From: Limnothrix sp. BL-A-16
GTDB lineage: Bacteria > Cyanobacteriota > Cyanobacteriia > CACIAM-69d
DNA: 64,000 bases
Direction: 5' to 3'
Assembly (NCBI GenBank): GCA_041937175.2
Contig: CP166615.1
Span: forward strand, 256,001 to 320,000
Within the stretch, counting starts at the first letter, position 1. Each line of letters begins with the position of its first letter. This document shows positions 51,782-60,868 of this stretch, one piece after another. The notes under the pieces are model-generated. The model was given only the letters and a program-made list of their open reading frames with translations, had not been told where the DNA came from and made no database searches. A program made the position numbers and the translations under genes.

Positions 51782-52078
51782 TTAAATCAACGAATTTAGC
51801 TGAATTTAGCTGAATTTAACTAATTTGCTCAACTGATTAATGTAATGGATCAGTTGAATTGATTGGCTGAACGAGTTGGCTGGATTAATTGGCTGAACTA
51901 ACGGCACTGCTGGAACTCCCCAAGTCAGTTAAATTGCTTGATTGAAACTGTCTGATTGAATCCGATGGCACTCGGTTGAACTTGCAGAGTGGGCATGGCT
52001 CCTCAAGTCATACGGAGAAGACCCACAATTCATATTTTCCTCAATTTTCCTCAATTCATATTTTCCTCTCCATCTCCT

Positions 52079-52456
52079 ATGACTAAACAAGTGCTTGTTA
52101 TTGATGATGAACCAGACATGCGAGAAATTGCGCGCATTGGTCTGGAGGTTTGTAACGGTTGGCAGGTGTTGTTGGCGGCTTCCGGTGCTGAAGGAATTGC
52201 CATGGCCGCAGCCCAACAACCCGATGCGATTTTGTTAGATGTGATGATGCCCCAAATGGATGGCACGGCAACCTTGGAAGCATTGCAAAAAAATCCCTCC
52301 ACCAGTCATATTCCTGTCATTTTGTTGACCGCCAAGGTGCAAGCGGCCGATCGCCAACGCTATGCCCACTTGAAGGCGGCAGCGGTGGTTACGAAGCCGT
52401 TTGATCCTTTGGTGTTAGGAGATTCCATTTGTCAAATTTTGGGCTGGTCTGCCTAA
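52079..52456 (+). CDS. single-domain CheY-like response regulator
   Basis: VLVIDDE, ILLDVMMPQMDG, LLTAK, TKPFDP. Confidence 0.93.
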   Translation: MTKQVLVIDDEPDMREIARIGLEVCNGWQVLLAASGAEGIAMAAAQQPDAILLDVMMPQMDGTATLEALQKNPSTSHIPVILLTAKVQAADRQRYAHLKAAAVVTKPFDPLVLGDSICQILGWSA

Positions 52457-52567
52457 TCATGCGATCGAAATCCATAGGCTGATCGGTTTGGCAATGGGGC
52501 GATCGAGTCCAATTCAGCCCAATTTAGCCCAATTTAGCCCGATCAAATTCCATTGCACTGGAGCAGG

Positions 52568-53437
52568 TTACACCGAGTCCAGAGGCTCAATGGCTAATTC
52601 AAAGGTCATGTGGGCCGAGGCCGATCGCCCGCGAAATGTGCCCGGCATGGGGGCCGTGTTTTGGGGGAACGCGCTGGCGGCCAGGGGAATATGCCGATCG
52701 GCCGTGACCAGCCCTTGGGTGGGGTCATAGCCTCGCCATCCGGCCCCCGGCAAGAACACTTCAACCCAGGCGTGCAGGTACTTTTCGGGCTGCTTGGGGT
52801 CGCCAGCCTCGTAGCCGCTGACAAACCGCACCGCCAAGCCCACCACTCGGCAAACTTCCATAAACAAAACCGACAAATCACGACAGGAGCCGGTTTTGCG
52901 CCGCCAAGTCATGCCTGGCGGCATCGGGTCGCCAGTTTCTCGCGGCTGATAGAAGCAGTGGTTATAGACCGTTTGGTTCAAGTCGCCCAAAAAGTCCAGG
53001 GTGTTGCCATGGTTTTTGTAAAGCAACCCTTGGGCCAACTCCCAAATGGCGGGATCGAGCCGCTCGCTCCCCAACCGTTGATCGCTCAGATAAGGCCGCA
53101 CCTGGGCCAGCGTTGAAGCGGGATAGTCGAAGGGGAGCGACAGGGCCCAAGGTTCCAACAGAAAGTGAAACGGGTTCGATCGCAAGGTTTCCACGACGCT
53201 GGTGGCCTTCACCTGCAAGGATTCCACCAGATCCCGGTTAAACCAACTTTGAATGACTGTGTTGCCTTCTAGGTCAAAAATATCGGCTAAACCCAGGGGG
53301 GGCGGCGATACCTGAAGCTGAAAATCGTGCAAGACCTGAGATCCATCGCAGCGGGGCCGCAATCGCAGGGTATGGGGGCCAAGTTCGACGGGTTGGCTAT
53401 AGGTGTAATGGATTGCGTGATGGATGCGATAGCGCAT
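52568..53437 (-). CDS. transglutaminase-like family protein
   Basis: GSCRD, RFVSGY, HAWVEVFLPGAGWRGYDPT. Confidence 0.92.
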   Translation of the reverse strand: MRYRIHHAIHYTYSQPVELGPHTLRLRPRCDGSQVLHDFQLQVSPPPLGLADIFDLEGNTVIQSWFNRDLVESLQVKATSVVETLRSNPFHFLLEPWALSLPFDYPASTLAQVRPYLSDQRLGSERLDPAIWELAQGLLYKNHGNTLDFLGDLNQTVYNHCFYQPRETGDPMPPGMTWRRKTGSCRDLSVLFMEVCRVVGLAVRFVSGYEAGDPKQPEKYLHAWVEVFLPGAGWRGYDPTQGLVTADRHIPLAASAFPQNTAPMPGTFRGRSASAHMTFELAIEPLDSV

Positions 53438-53515
53438 GGCCCGGCCTAACGAACAATGGGGATTCCATGGCCATTTTAAGGAAGTCGCCCTTGGAAGTGG
53501 TTTTTACAAGGTGGC

Positions 53516-54184
53516 TTACGATCGCGCTGATCGCCCCCGACGTTTGGCCGGACGACTTCGGGGCGATCGAACCGCCTGTTCGCCCCTAGTCGCTGAGGCT
53601 GGCTGGGAGGATTGGGCGATCGCCCGCAAACTGGCGAGTTCCGTTGCGCTCAGGAAGCGCCACTGGCCCGGCTCCAACCCCGCCAAGGTGAGCGACCCGA
53701 TCGCCACCCGCACCAGGCGCAGGGTGGGATGGCCCACGGCCGCCGTCATCCGTCGCACCTGGCGATTGCGGCCTTCGGTGAGGGTTAATTCTAGCCAGGC
53801 GGTGGGCACGGATTTCCGAAACCGAATCGGCGGATTGCGAGGCGGCAGGGTTGGCTCCTCGGGCAACAGACGCACCTGAGCGGGGCGGGTTCGGTAGTCT
53901 TGAATGGTCACGCCCCGTTGCAGTTGGGCGATCGCCGGATCCGGGGGAATCTGTTCCACCTGGGCCCAGTAGGTGCGGGGATGACCCCAGCGGGGATCGC
54001 TTAACCGGTGTTGCAGCGGCCCATCGTCCGACAGCAGCATTAACCCTTCGCTGTCCCAATCCAACCGCCCGATCGGGTAGATCTCAGGCACATCAATAAA
54101 GTCCTTCAGGGTGGCCTTGCCCTCGGAGGGGCTGAATTGGCTCATCACCTGAAAGGGCTTATAAAACAGGACGTAGCGGGCCAT
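53516..54184 (-). CDS. rRNA pseudouridine synthase (RsuA family, RluE-like)
   Basis: [40 protein letters not shown] at 54184. Confidence 0.92.
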   Translation of the reverse strand: MARYVLFYKPFQVMSQFSPSEGKATLKDFIDVPEIYPIGRLDWDSEGLMLLSDDGPLQHRLSDPRWGHPRTYWAQVEQIPPDPAIAQLQRGVTIQDYRTRPAQVRLLPEEPTLPPRNPPIRFRKSVPTAWLELTLTEGRNRQVRRMTAAVGHPTLRLVRVAIGSLTLAGLEPGQWRFLSATELASLRAIAQSSQPASATRGEQAVRSPRSRPAKRRGRSARS

Positions 54185-54246
54185 GGTCGGGCGGGGAATA
54201 GGGGGAAGGGGCAGTACTGTGTTGCAGTGCTTTGCAGTGCTGTGTT

Positions 54247-55983
54247 TTAGTATTGGCTGCCCGATCGCCGGTGATGAACCGCTGTGACCCCTGTGGTGTC
54301 GAGCACTTTGCCGCTGTTGGCAGTGGCATACACCACCCAGTGATCGCCACATTCCATGCGACTGCGCACGGTGCATTCTAGAAAAGCCAGGGCATCGGTC
54401 AACAAAGGACAACCGTTGCTGGCGGTTTCCACTTGTAACCCCTCGAATCGATCGGCCCCTGGCGGAAAGTTTTTCATGAAGTGCCGCCGTAGTTGTTTGC
54501 CTTCCGCCAACACGTTCAGGACAAACTGCGAACCCTCATGCATCAAGGACTCGATCGCCCGTTCCTTGGCCACGGCGATCGTCACCCCCGGTGGCTTGAA
54601 GGTGGCTTGGGAAACCCAAGAGGCGAGCATTGCTGTGTTTACGTCATCTTGGCTGGCGGTGACCACGCACAGGGAACCCACCACGCGCCCCACGGCCTGG
54701 GCTGTGCGATCGGCTGTCCCGGCGGCCGGTTTGGGGGAGCGGCGTTTGTTGGCCCGTTGCAGGGCCTGGGCAAAGTCCGTGCCCGCCTCTTCGCACTGTT
54801 GCAGAACCGCTTGAGTGGGGGCAAATTTGACCCGGATCGTGGGCATGGCGAATTGGTAACCCCCGTCCTGGAGTTTGTTTTCCAGCAGGTCGATCGCCTC
54901 GCCGCTCCAACCAAAGGAACCAAACACCCCGGCGGGTTTGCTCTTGTCAGCGCTGTTTAGAACAATGCCCAGGGCCGTTTGAATTTGGGTGGGAGCATGG
55001 CCGCCCAAGGTGGGGGAGCCGATGATGAAACCGGCGCATTTCTCGATCGCCCCTTTAATTTCCTCTGGATCCAGATATTCGCAGTTGATGGACTCCACCG
55101 CCACGCCAGCCTTGGTGATACCTCGGGCAATGCTTTGGGCCACGGCGGCCGTGTTGCCATAGGCCGAGGCGAAAATCAGGGCCACAGAAAGTTCCTTTTC
55201 TGTCTGCTGTTGCGTCCAGTGGCGATAGGCGTGGCGCAGTTCCGCAAAGCCATAGCGCACGATCGGCCCGTGGCCCGGCGCATAGGTGACGGCGGGCAGG
55301 TCGTCTAGCTTGTCCAGGGCGGTGCTGACCTGTTTGGACTGGGAAGCGTGCAGACAGTCGTAATAAAACCGTCGATCGTCCTCATAGATCTGCCAGCCCT
55401 CATCAAAAATCTGATCGCCGCAAACATGTGCCCCGTAAAGCTTATCAGTGAAGGCAATCTGGCTGGCGGGGTCGTAGGTAACCATGCCATCGGGCCAACG
55501 GGGAGTCGGAATCGGGATGAATTTCAGCAGGTGGCCTTGGCCCAGGTCAAGGGTTTCTTCGCCACGCACCACCTCGATCGCCAAGTCCCGATCGGGAAAG
55601 AGCGATCGCAGGGTGATGGCCGCCGGATTCGAGCAAATGAAACGCGGAGGCTGGCTGGCTTCCAGGAGTTTTTCAATGGTGGCGGCCCGGTTGGCGTTCA
55701 GGTGGCCCAAAATTACGTAGTCGATCGCCCGATCGCCCAACCGCTGCGCCAATTTGTTCAAAAACACATCGGTGAAGGTTTGCCCCGGCGGGTCAATCAG
55801 GGCCACCTGATCGCCTTGAATCAGATAGGCATTGGCGGTCGTGCCTTTTTTGAGGGAATATTCAATTTCAAATTTCAGGCGTTCCCAGGTGCGCGATCGC
55901 AACACGGTGGTGCCAGGGCCGATCGGCATCACTTGCACGTCGCGGGGTTTGGCCGTTGGGGGGGTTGCTGTGGCGATCGTCAT
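54247..55983 (-). CDS. class C flavodiiron protein, Flv1/Flv2 (non-canonical metal site) type
   Basis: Metallo-beta-lactamase-like domain with GHLNANR instead of HTEPDH, flavodoxin ([15 protein letters not shown]), flavin reductase (GDH, HHRRSG). Confidence 0.9.
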   Translation of the reverse strand: MTIATATPPTAKPRDVQVMPIGPGTTVLRSRTWERLKFEIEYSLKKGTTANAYLIQGDQVALIDPPGQTFTDVFLNKLAQRLGDRAIDYVILGHLNANRAATIEKLLEASQPPRFICSNPAAITLRSLFPDRDLAIEVVRGEETLDLGQGHLLKFIPIPTPRWPDGMVTYDPASQIAFTDKLYGAHVCGDQIFDEGWQIYEDDRRFYYDCLHASQSKQVSTALDKLDDLPAVTYAPGHGPIVRYGFAELRHAYRHWTQQQTEKELSVALIFASAYGNTAAVAQSIARGITKAGVAVESINCEYLDPEEIKGAIEKCAGFIIGSPTLGGHAPTQIQTALGIVLNSADKSKPAGVFGSFGWSGEAIDLLENKLQDGGYQFAMPTIRVKFAPTQAVLQQCEEAGTDFAQALQRANKRRSPKPAAGTADRTAQAVGRVVGSLCVVTASQDDVNTAMLASWVSQATFKPPGVTIAVAKERAIESLMHEGSQFVLNVLAEGKQLRRHFMKNFPPGADRFEGLQVETASNGCPLLTDALAFLECTVRSRMECGDHWVVYATANSGKVLDTTGVTAVHHRRSGSQY

Positions 55984-56235
55984 TGCTGTGGCTCCGTGGT
56001 TCAAGCCTGATCCCTATTGTTGCCATCCTAGCGGGATCGTGGGCGCAATCAACGGGCGATCGCTTTGCGAAATGTAATCGGCTGGTTAATTAAATCTGAG
56101 TCTTGGGTCACCATTGCAGCGAAAATTCAAATTCAAATTGTATTTCTTGAATGACGATTGATCGATGACTTGATAACAGTCTACTGCTATGTTTCTGAAA
56201 ACTAAAATCAAGTGAGTATTGGCATTCTTTGAGCT

Positions 56236-56559
56236 ATGATTCAATCTTTAATTCTCTTCGTGATCTCTGGGCTATTTGAAATTGGTGGTGGATATTTAGT
56301 ATGGCTGACCCTTCGGGAAGGAAAAACAGCTTGGTTTGCGGTAATTGGGGTCATCCTGCTTGGCTTCTATGGTGCTGTGCCGACGTTGTAACCAACCAAT
56401 TTTGGACGCGCTTATGCTGCCTATGGCGGAGTTTTTGTTGTTCTATCAATTTTCTGGGGTTGGTTTGTTGATCGAGTAGTACCCGATAAATTTGACTATT
56501 TTGGAGGATGGATGATTATTTTGGGTGTCTTAGTCATGATGTATGCGCCTAGAAGCTAA
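56236..56559 (+). pseudogene. ynfA: YnfA/UPF0060 membrane protein with an internal stop
   Basis: Manual translation [23 protein letters not shown]...[19 protein letters not shown]...YAPRS; in-frame TAA at 56389-56391. Confidence 0.88.
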
Positions 56560-56775
56560 TTTTTAAAATAAAAGTTGGTACTGATTTTCCTACAACAGAA
56601 TTAGTTGAGAAATTGATGATCAATACCAACTCATGAAGGTGCAACAAACCAGCCTGGCTACAGCTTGGATAGTATTTCAACTGACCTAACTTCCCTACCA
56701 AAACGTTTCGCTCGATCGGCAACGCGCTTGGCAAAAAGTGGAGCTAGGAGTCATGAACCCGTGGAGTGAAGTTGG

Positions 56776-58191
56776 CTAGCCCATGCCCAGCAGTTTTTTA
56801 ATCGTGCCGACCTTTTGGGCATAGGGGGCATAGCGCCAATCTAAATCGAGCCAAGTGGCCTTCTTCAAAACACTGCGATAGTGCGAGAAGGTGTCGAAGC
56901 TGGCCTTGCCGTGATAGCTACCGATGCCGCTGTCGCCCACCCCACCAAAGGGCAGCGACGGACAACCCACATGCATCACCGTTTCATTGATGCAAACACC
57001 GCCGGAACTGGTGCGATCGAGCAAGTAGCGTTGGGTTTGGGTATTTTCTGAAAACACATAGAGCGCCAGGGGTTTGGGGCGACTGTTCACTTGGGCGATC
57101 GCCTGATCCAGTTGGTCGTAGGGCAACACCGGCAGAATGGGCCCAAAGATTTCATCGGCCATCACGGGGCTGTCCCAATCCACATCGGTGAGAATCGTGG
57201 GGGCAATGTAGCGATCGGCTCGATTGTGTTGACCGCCCAAGAACGGTTTCCCGGACTCCAGCAAAGCAGCCAATCGATCGAACTGGCGATCATTAATAAT
57301 TCGCCCAAAATCCCCGCTCTGGGCCGGATCAGTTCCATAAAACGCCGTAACCGCCTCGCGCAATTGGGCCAGCAACTCCGGCATCACCGCCCGATCGACC
57401 AGCAGATAATCCGGTGCGATGCAAGTTTGGCCCGCATTCAGGAATTTGCCCCAAGCGATCCGCTTCGCCGCGATCGCCAGATTCGCATCCGCCGTCACAA
57501 AACAAGGACTCTTGCCCCCCAGCTCCAGGGTGACCGGCGTGAGGTGCTTGGCCGCCGCCGCCATCACCACACGCCCAATGGTTGTCCCACCCGTGAAGAA
57601 GATATGGTCAAACTTATTGACCAACAGGGCTTGGCTGGTGGCAGCATCCCCTTCAAACACCGCCACAAAAGCCGGGTCAAAGGTTTCCCGAATCAGGGTT
57701 GCCACCACGGCCGCACTGGCCGGGGCCACTTCCGAGGGCTTGATGATCGCGCAATTTCCCGCCGCGATTGCCCCCACCAACGGAGAAATCGCCAAAGAAA
57801 AGGGATAGTTCCAGGGGCCAATAATCAGCGCCACCCCCAGGGGTTGCGGTTCAATCCAAGCGGAACCGGGCCATTGATCGATCGACAACTTCGCCTTTTG
57901 GGGCTTGGCCCATTGGGCTAAATTTTTCAGGGCCCCGTCAATTTCTGTAATCGAAGCCAACTCAAAATAGGCCTCATATTCCGGTCGGCCCAAATCCTGT
58001 TGTACTGCCGCCACGATCTCCGCCTGTTTGGCCTGAATCGCTTGGCGTAGCTTGGTTAATTGGGCGCGCCGAAAATCCAAGTCACGGGTGCGGCCGGTGG
58101 CAAAAAACTGTCGTTGGCGATCGAGGGTTTCCCGAATTTGGGCTTCAAGATCCCGATGAGCCGAATTGGTCGGTTGCGTGGCGATCACCAT
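56776..58191 (-). CDS. aldehyde dehydrogenase (ALDH3-like)
   Basis: PWNYP, FTGG, LELGGKSP, NAGQTCIAPD, EIFGP, PFGGVGDSG. Confidence 0.95.
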   Translation of the reverse strand: MVIATQPTNSAHRDLEAQIRETLDRQRQFFATGRTRDLDFRRAQLTKLRQAIQAKQAEIVAAVQQDLGRPEYEAYFELASITEIDGALKNLAQWAKPQKAKLSIDQWPGSAWIEPQPLGVALIIGPWNYPFSLAISPLVGAIAAGNCAIIKPSEVAPASAAVVATLIRETFDPAFVAVFEGDAATSQALLVNKFDHIFFTGGTTIGRVVMAAAAKHLTPVTLELGGKSPCFVTADANLAIAAKRIAWGKFLNAGQTCIAPDYLLVDRAVMPELLAQLREAVTAFYGTDPAQSGDFGRIINDRQFDRLAALLESGKPFLGGQHNRADRYIAPTILTDVDWDSPVMADEIFGPILPVLPYDQLDQAIAQVNSRPKPLALYVFSENTQTQRYLLDRTSSGGVCINETVMHVGCPSLPFGGVGDSGIGSYHGKASFDTFSHYRSVLKKATWLDLDWRYAPYAQKVGTIKKLLGMG

Positions 58192-58379
58192 AGCTGTTGA
58201 TTAACCCTTGAATGACTCGAAAGGGAATTGTCCCGCAAGTGTGTGCTGATTACTAATCTACTGAAAAATTCCGGTTCCAGCTTCAGAACGGTAACCAGGA
58301 TCTAGCATCCGTCCAGTTAAGCTCAATGGGCACTGGAAGGCTGATTTTTTCAACCGATCTGCCTCAGGCAAGGGGATTA

Positions 58380-58521
58380 GGGAGTGTTGTCATTTTTCGA
58401 GGTGATGCTGAAATGATTGATCTTCCATGCCCTAATCGTCGTAACAAGATGCTCAAGCCCCTTGTCCCCCACGATCCGCTAACGGTAGATCTAGGGTTTC
58501 GTGCTCAACGACGATAGGCCC
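58380..58521 (-). mobile_element. MITE family A, copy 3 (142 bp), inserted in a REP-like palindrome
   Basis: Reverse complement matches copy 2 (GAAACCCTAGATCT.CCGTTAGCGGATCGTGGGGGACAAGGGGCTT); flanks GGCAAGGGGAT-TA and TA-AGCCCCTTGCC. Confidence 0.87.
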
Positions 58522-58584
58522 TAAGCCCCTTGCCTTCGATCGCGTAACGATGGAATTAGGCGCTTGGACAGATGCTCACCAGCA

Positions 58585-59631
58585 TTAGGCCGAGGTGGGC
58601 AAATCTTGCACAAAATCGAGGGTGAAAGCCTTGCGATAATCAAGTGTTTTGGGATAGACCCCATACTCAACCATATTTTCAAAAAATTCCTTCCAGCGGG
58701 CTTCGGTCATGTAGCCAATACCGTTAGTAATTGCATCGCCCGAAAGCACAATGCCGTATTCCTTCAGCTTCCCGAGACCATAGATTAGGCGATCGTCCGT
58801 CATCTCCGGATAGTCTTTTTTAATCAATGCATTGCCGGGCGCTGGATCGGCTAAATAGCTATACCAACCTTTGGCAGAAGCCTGCACAAACCGTTTCACC
58901 ACATCGGGCTTATCGGCAATCATTTGGGATGTGGTGTCAATGGTGGTGGCGTAGGGTTTATAGCCCACATCAGCCAGCAGGAAAACGCTGGGCTTGAAGC
59001 CGCCCTCTTTTTCGATGGTGTAGGGTTCTGAGGTGACAAATCCCTGCTGGGCGGAAGTTTTATCAGCCAAAAAGGGGGCGGGGTTAAAGTTATAAACCCG
59101 GCGCTGACTGTCCGTAAATCCATATTTTTTAGCCAACAGTCCCCAAAAATCTGAAACCGCTTGGGGCGTGACAAACAGGGGCTTTCCCTTCAATTCCGAC
59201 AAATCTTTCACGCCGGGATGGGCCACAATGCAGCGGGGATCCTTTTGGAAATAGGCGGCGACGGTGATTTTGGGAACGCCTTCTGCGACGGCATTGAGGG
59301 CGATCGTGCTGTTGCTCATGGCAAAGTCCACCACTTTCCCAAACAGCAGTTGTGTGCCCGTGGCCGCCTGGGGGCCGCCCATCCGAATTTTTACATCCAG
59401 GCCATATTCCTTGTAAATACCGGTGGCCAGGGCTTGGTAAAAGCCGCCATGCTCCGCCTGGGCAACCCAGTCTGTGGCGAGGGTGACCCGATCGAGGCCC
59501 TTTTCACCGGTTGGGCTAGGTTCGCTGCTGGTGCTGTTGCCGCAGGCGGTGACCAAGCCGGAACTCAGGGCGATCGCCCCATATTGCAGCAACCGACGAC
59601 GGGTGAAGGCGGAATCGTTCAACGGAGACAT
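58585..59631 (-). CDS. ABC transporter substrate-binding lipoprotein (NMT1/THI5-SsuA-like), Tat-type signal
   Basis: TRRRLLQ...VTAC signal; DWVAQAEHGGFYQA, GFVTSEP. Confidence 0.9.
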   Translation of the reverse strand: MSPLNDSAFTRRRLLQYGAIALSSGLVTACGNSTSSEPSPTGEKGLDRVTLATDWVAQAEHGGFYQALATGIYKEYGLDVKIRMGGPQAATGTQLLFGKVVDFAMSNSTIALNAVAEGVPKITVAAYFQKDPRCIVAHPGVKDLSELKGKPLFVTPQAVSDFWGLLAKKYGFTDSQRRVYNFNPAPFLADKTSAQQGFVTSEPYTIEKEGGFKPSVFLLADVGYKPYATTIDTTSQMIADKPDVVKRFVQASAKGWYSYLADPAPGNALIKKDYPEMTDDRLIYGLGKLKEYGIVLSGDAITNGIGYMTEARWKEFFENMVEYGVYPKTLDYRKAFTLDFVQDLPTSA

Positions 59632-59870
59632 AGGGTTAATTCACGAGAAACTTGAGGATTTTGAGTGCAACGGTTCGATCGGCCAGTCCTGGTCAGCCCT
59701 GCCCCTTGAATTCTAAACTTCCCATGCTTTACGCGGGATCCCAGCAGTTTTTAAAGCTGCGAGATCACAGCAAGCCCACGCTGCCATCGAGAGCAAGCGT
59801 GGGCTTTTGGAATCAGTTTTGTAAGATTCTTGGGGGGATGATTGGTTGCAGGGTTTGGATATCGTGGGAG

Positions 59871-59890
59871 CAAGGGGCTTAAGCCCCTTG
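59871..59890. repeat. REP-like palindrome
   Basis: Perfect CAAGGGGCTTAAGCCCCTTG preceded by GTGGGAG. Confidence 0.92.
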
Positions 59891-59898
59891 TCTTTGTT

Positions 59899-59973
59899 GA
59901 GCACTGGAGCTGAGAGCACTGGAGCTGAGAGCACTGGAGCTGAGAGTACTGGAGCTGAGAGCACTGGGGCTGG
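59899..59973. repeat. 15-bp tandem repeat x5
   Basis: GAGCACTGGAGCTGA x3, then two variant units. Confidence 0.95.
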
Positions 59974-60035
59974 CAGATTACAGATTTGGTGCTGATTCAA
60001 GCTATCCAGAGCCAGCCTCGGGGTAACCACCCGGC

Positions 60036-60584
60036 CTAGCTGGTGAGGCTGCGGCGGCGGGATTGGGCTTCGTAGCTGGAGCCGATGTCGGTGCGAACGC
60101 GACTCAGTTCCCAGCCCCGTTCCAGGCGATCGCGATAGGTATCCAAGCCTTCGTCGTCGGCCGCGCGATCGAGCACTTCCCGATAAATGCGGTGGATCGC
60201 CACTTGTGCTTCAGCGCTGTTGGCAATGGCCCAGCGCACCTTGCGCACTGACCAGCCCTGCTCCAGAGCGCGAACATAGGTACGCAAACCGGCCAGATCC
60301 GCCGGACGGCCCAGGACAGATTGATAGAGGCGATCGACCTCGGCCGCATGGCCAGGATCAATGCCCGTTGCCAACAGCGACTCATCCCAAGCACCGGCCA
60401 CACTCACGTACTGAGCACCGGAATCCAGACAGAGGGACTGCTGGCGATTGCCCACGCAAAGGCTGCTGGCCTGGCTGGGCAGGGCGATCGCGCTGGCGGC
60501 GAGGGTGGTGGCCAGCACGGTACTGAGCGATCGACGGGGCGATCGGCTCGGGAGCATTTGGAGCATCTCGTTGAGCTTCAGCAT
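60036..60584 (-). CDS. exported protein with two DUF4214-like repeats
   Basis: Signal-like segment; LYQSVLGRPADLAGL...IANSAEA and IYREVLDRAADDEGL...IGSSYEA repeats. Confidence 0.7.
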   Translation of the reverse strand: MLKLNEMLQMLPSRSPRRSLSTVLATTLAASAIALPSQASSLCVGNRQQSLCLDSGAQYVSVAGAWDESLLATGIDPGHAAEVDRLYQSVLGRPADLAGLRTYVRALEQGWSVRKVRWAIANSAEAQVAIHRIYREVLDRAADDEGLDTYRDRLERGWELSRVRTDIGSSYEAQSRRRSLTS

Positions 60585-60868
60585 CAGATGCCAACCTAGG
60601 TTGCAAAGTCGGGTAGCAACGGCAAAGTCGTCTCCCCATTCTAAGGGGAAAGTTCCGAACCTCAAAAGGGATCCGGCACTTGTTCACGAAACTTTCACAG
60701 AGGTTCAATGAGGTTCAATGACGGGAATTGGATTGCCCAAAGACTCCGCGACGGAAACCCGATTTGAGCTGGGTGGGTACGGGTACAAGGGGTATGGGTG
60801 GGAGGTGTGTCCGCGCTGAATGTGGGCGCTAGGTCAAAAGACTTAGAGAAAAACCTAGAGAAGAAATA

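Noticed and set aside
54247..55983. Flavodiiron protein missing canonical iron ligands as a novelty
   Set aside because: This is an established feature of cyanobacterial Flv1/Flv2-type proteins.
59640..59810. TPP or guanidine-I riboswitch upstream of the NMT1-like gene
   Set aside because: Core motifs (CUGAGA/ACCUGAU for TPP; GGUUCCG/ACAAAAGCCCGG for guanidine-I) are not present on the mRNA strand.
59713..60030. ORF with LSAPV repeats
   Set aside because: A by-product of the 15-bp tandem repeat and the palindrome; no coding evidence.
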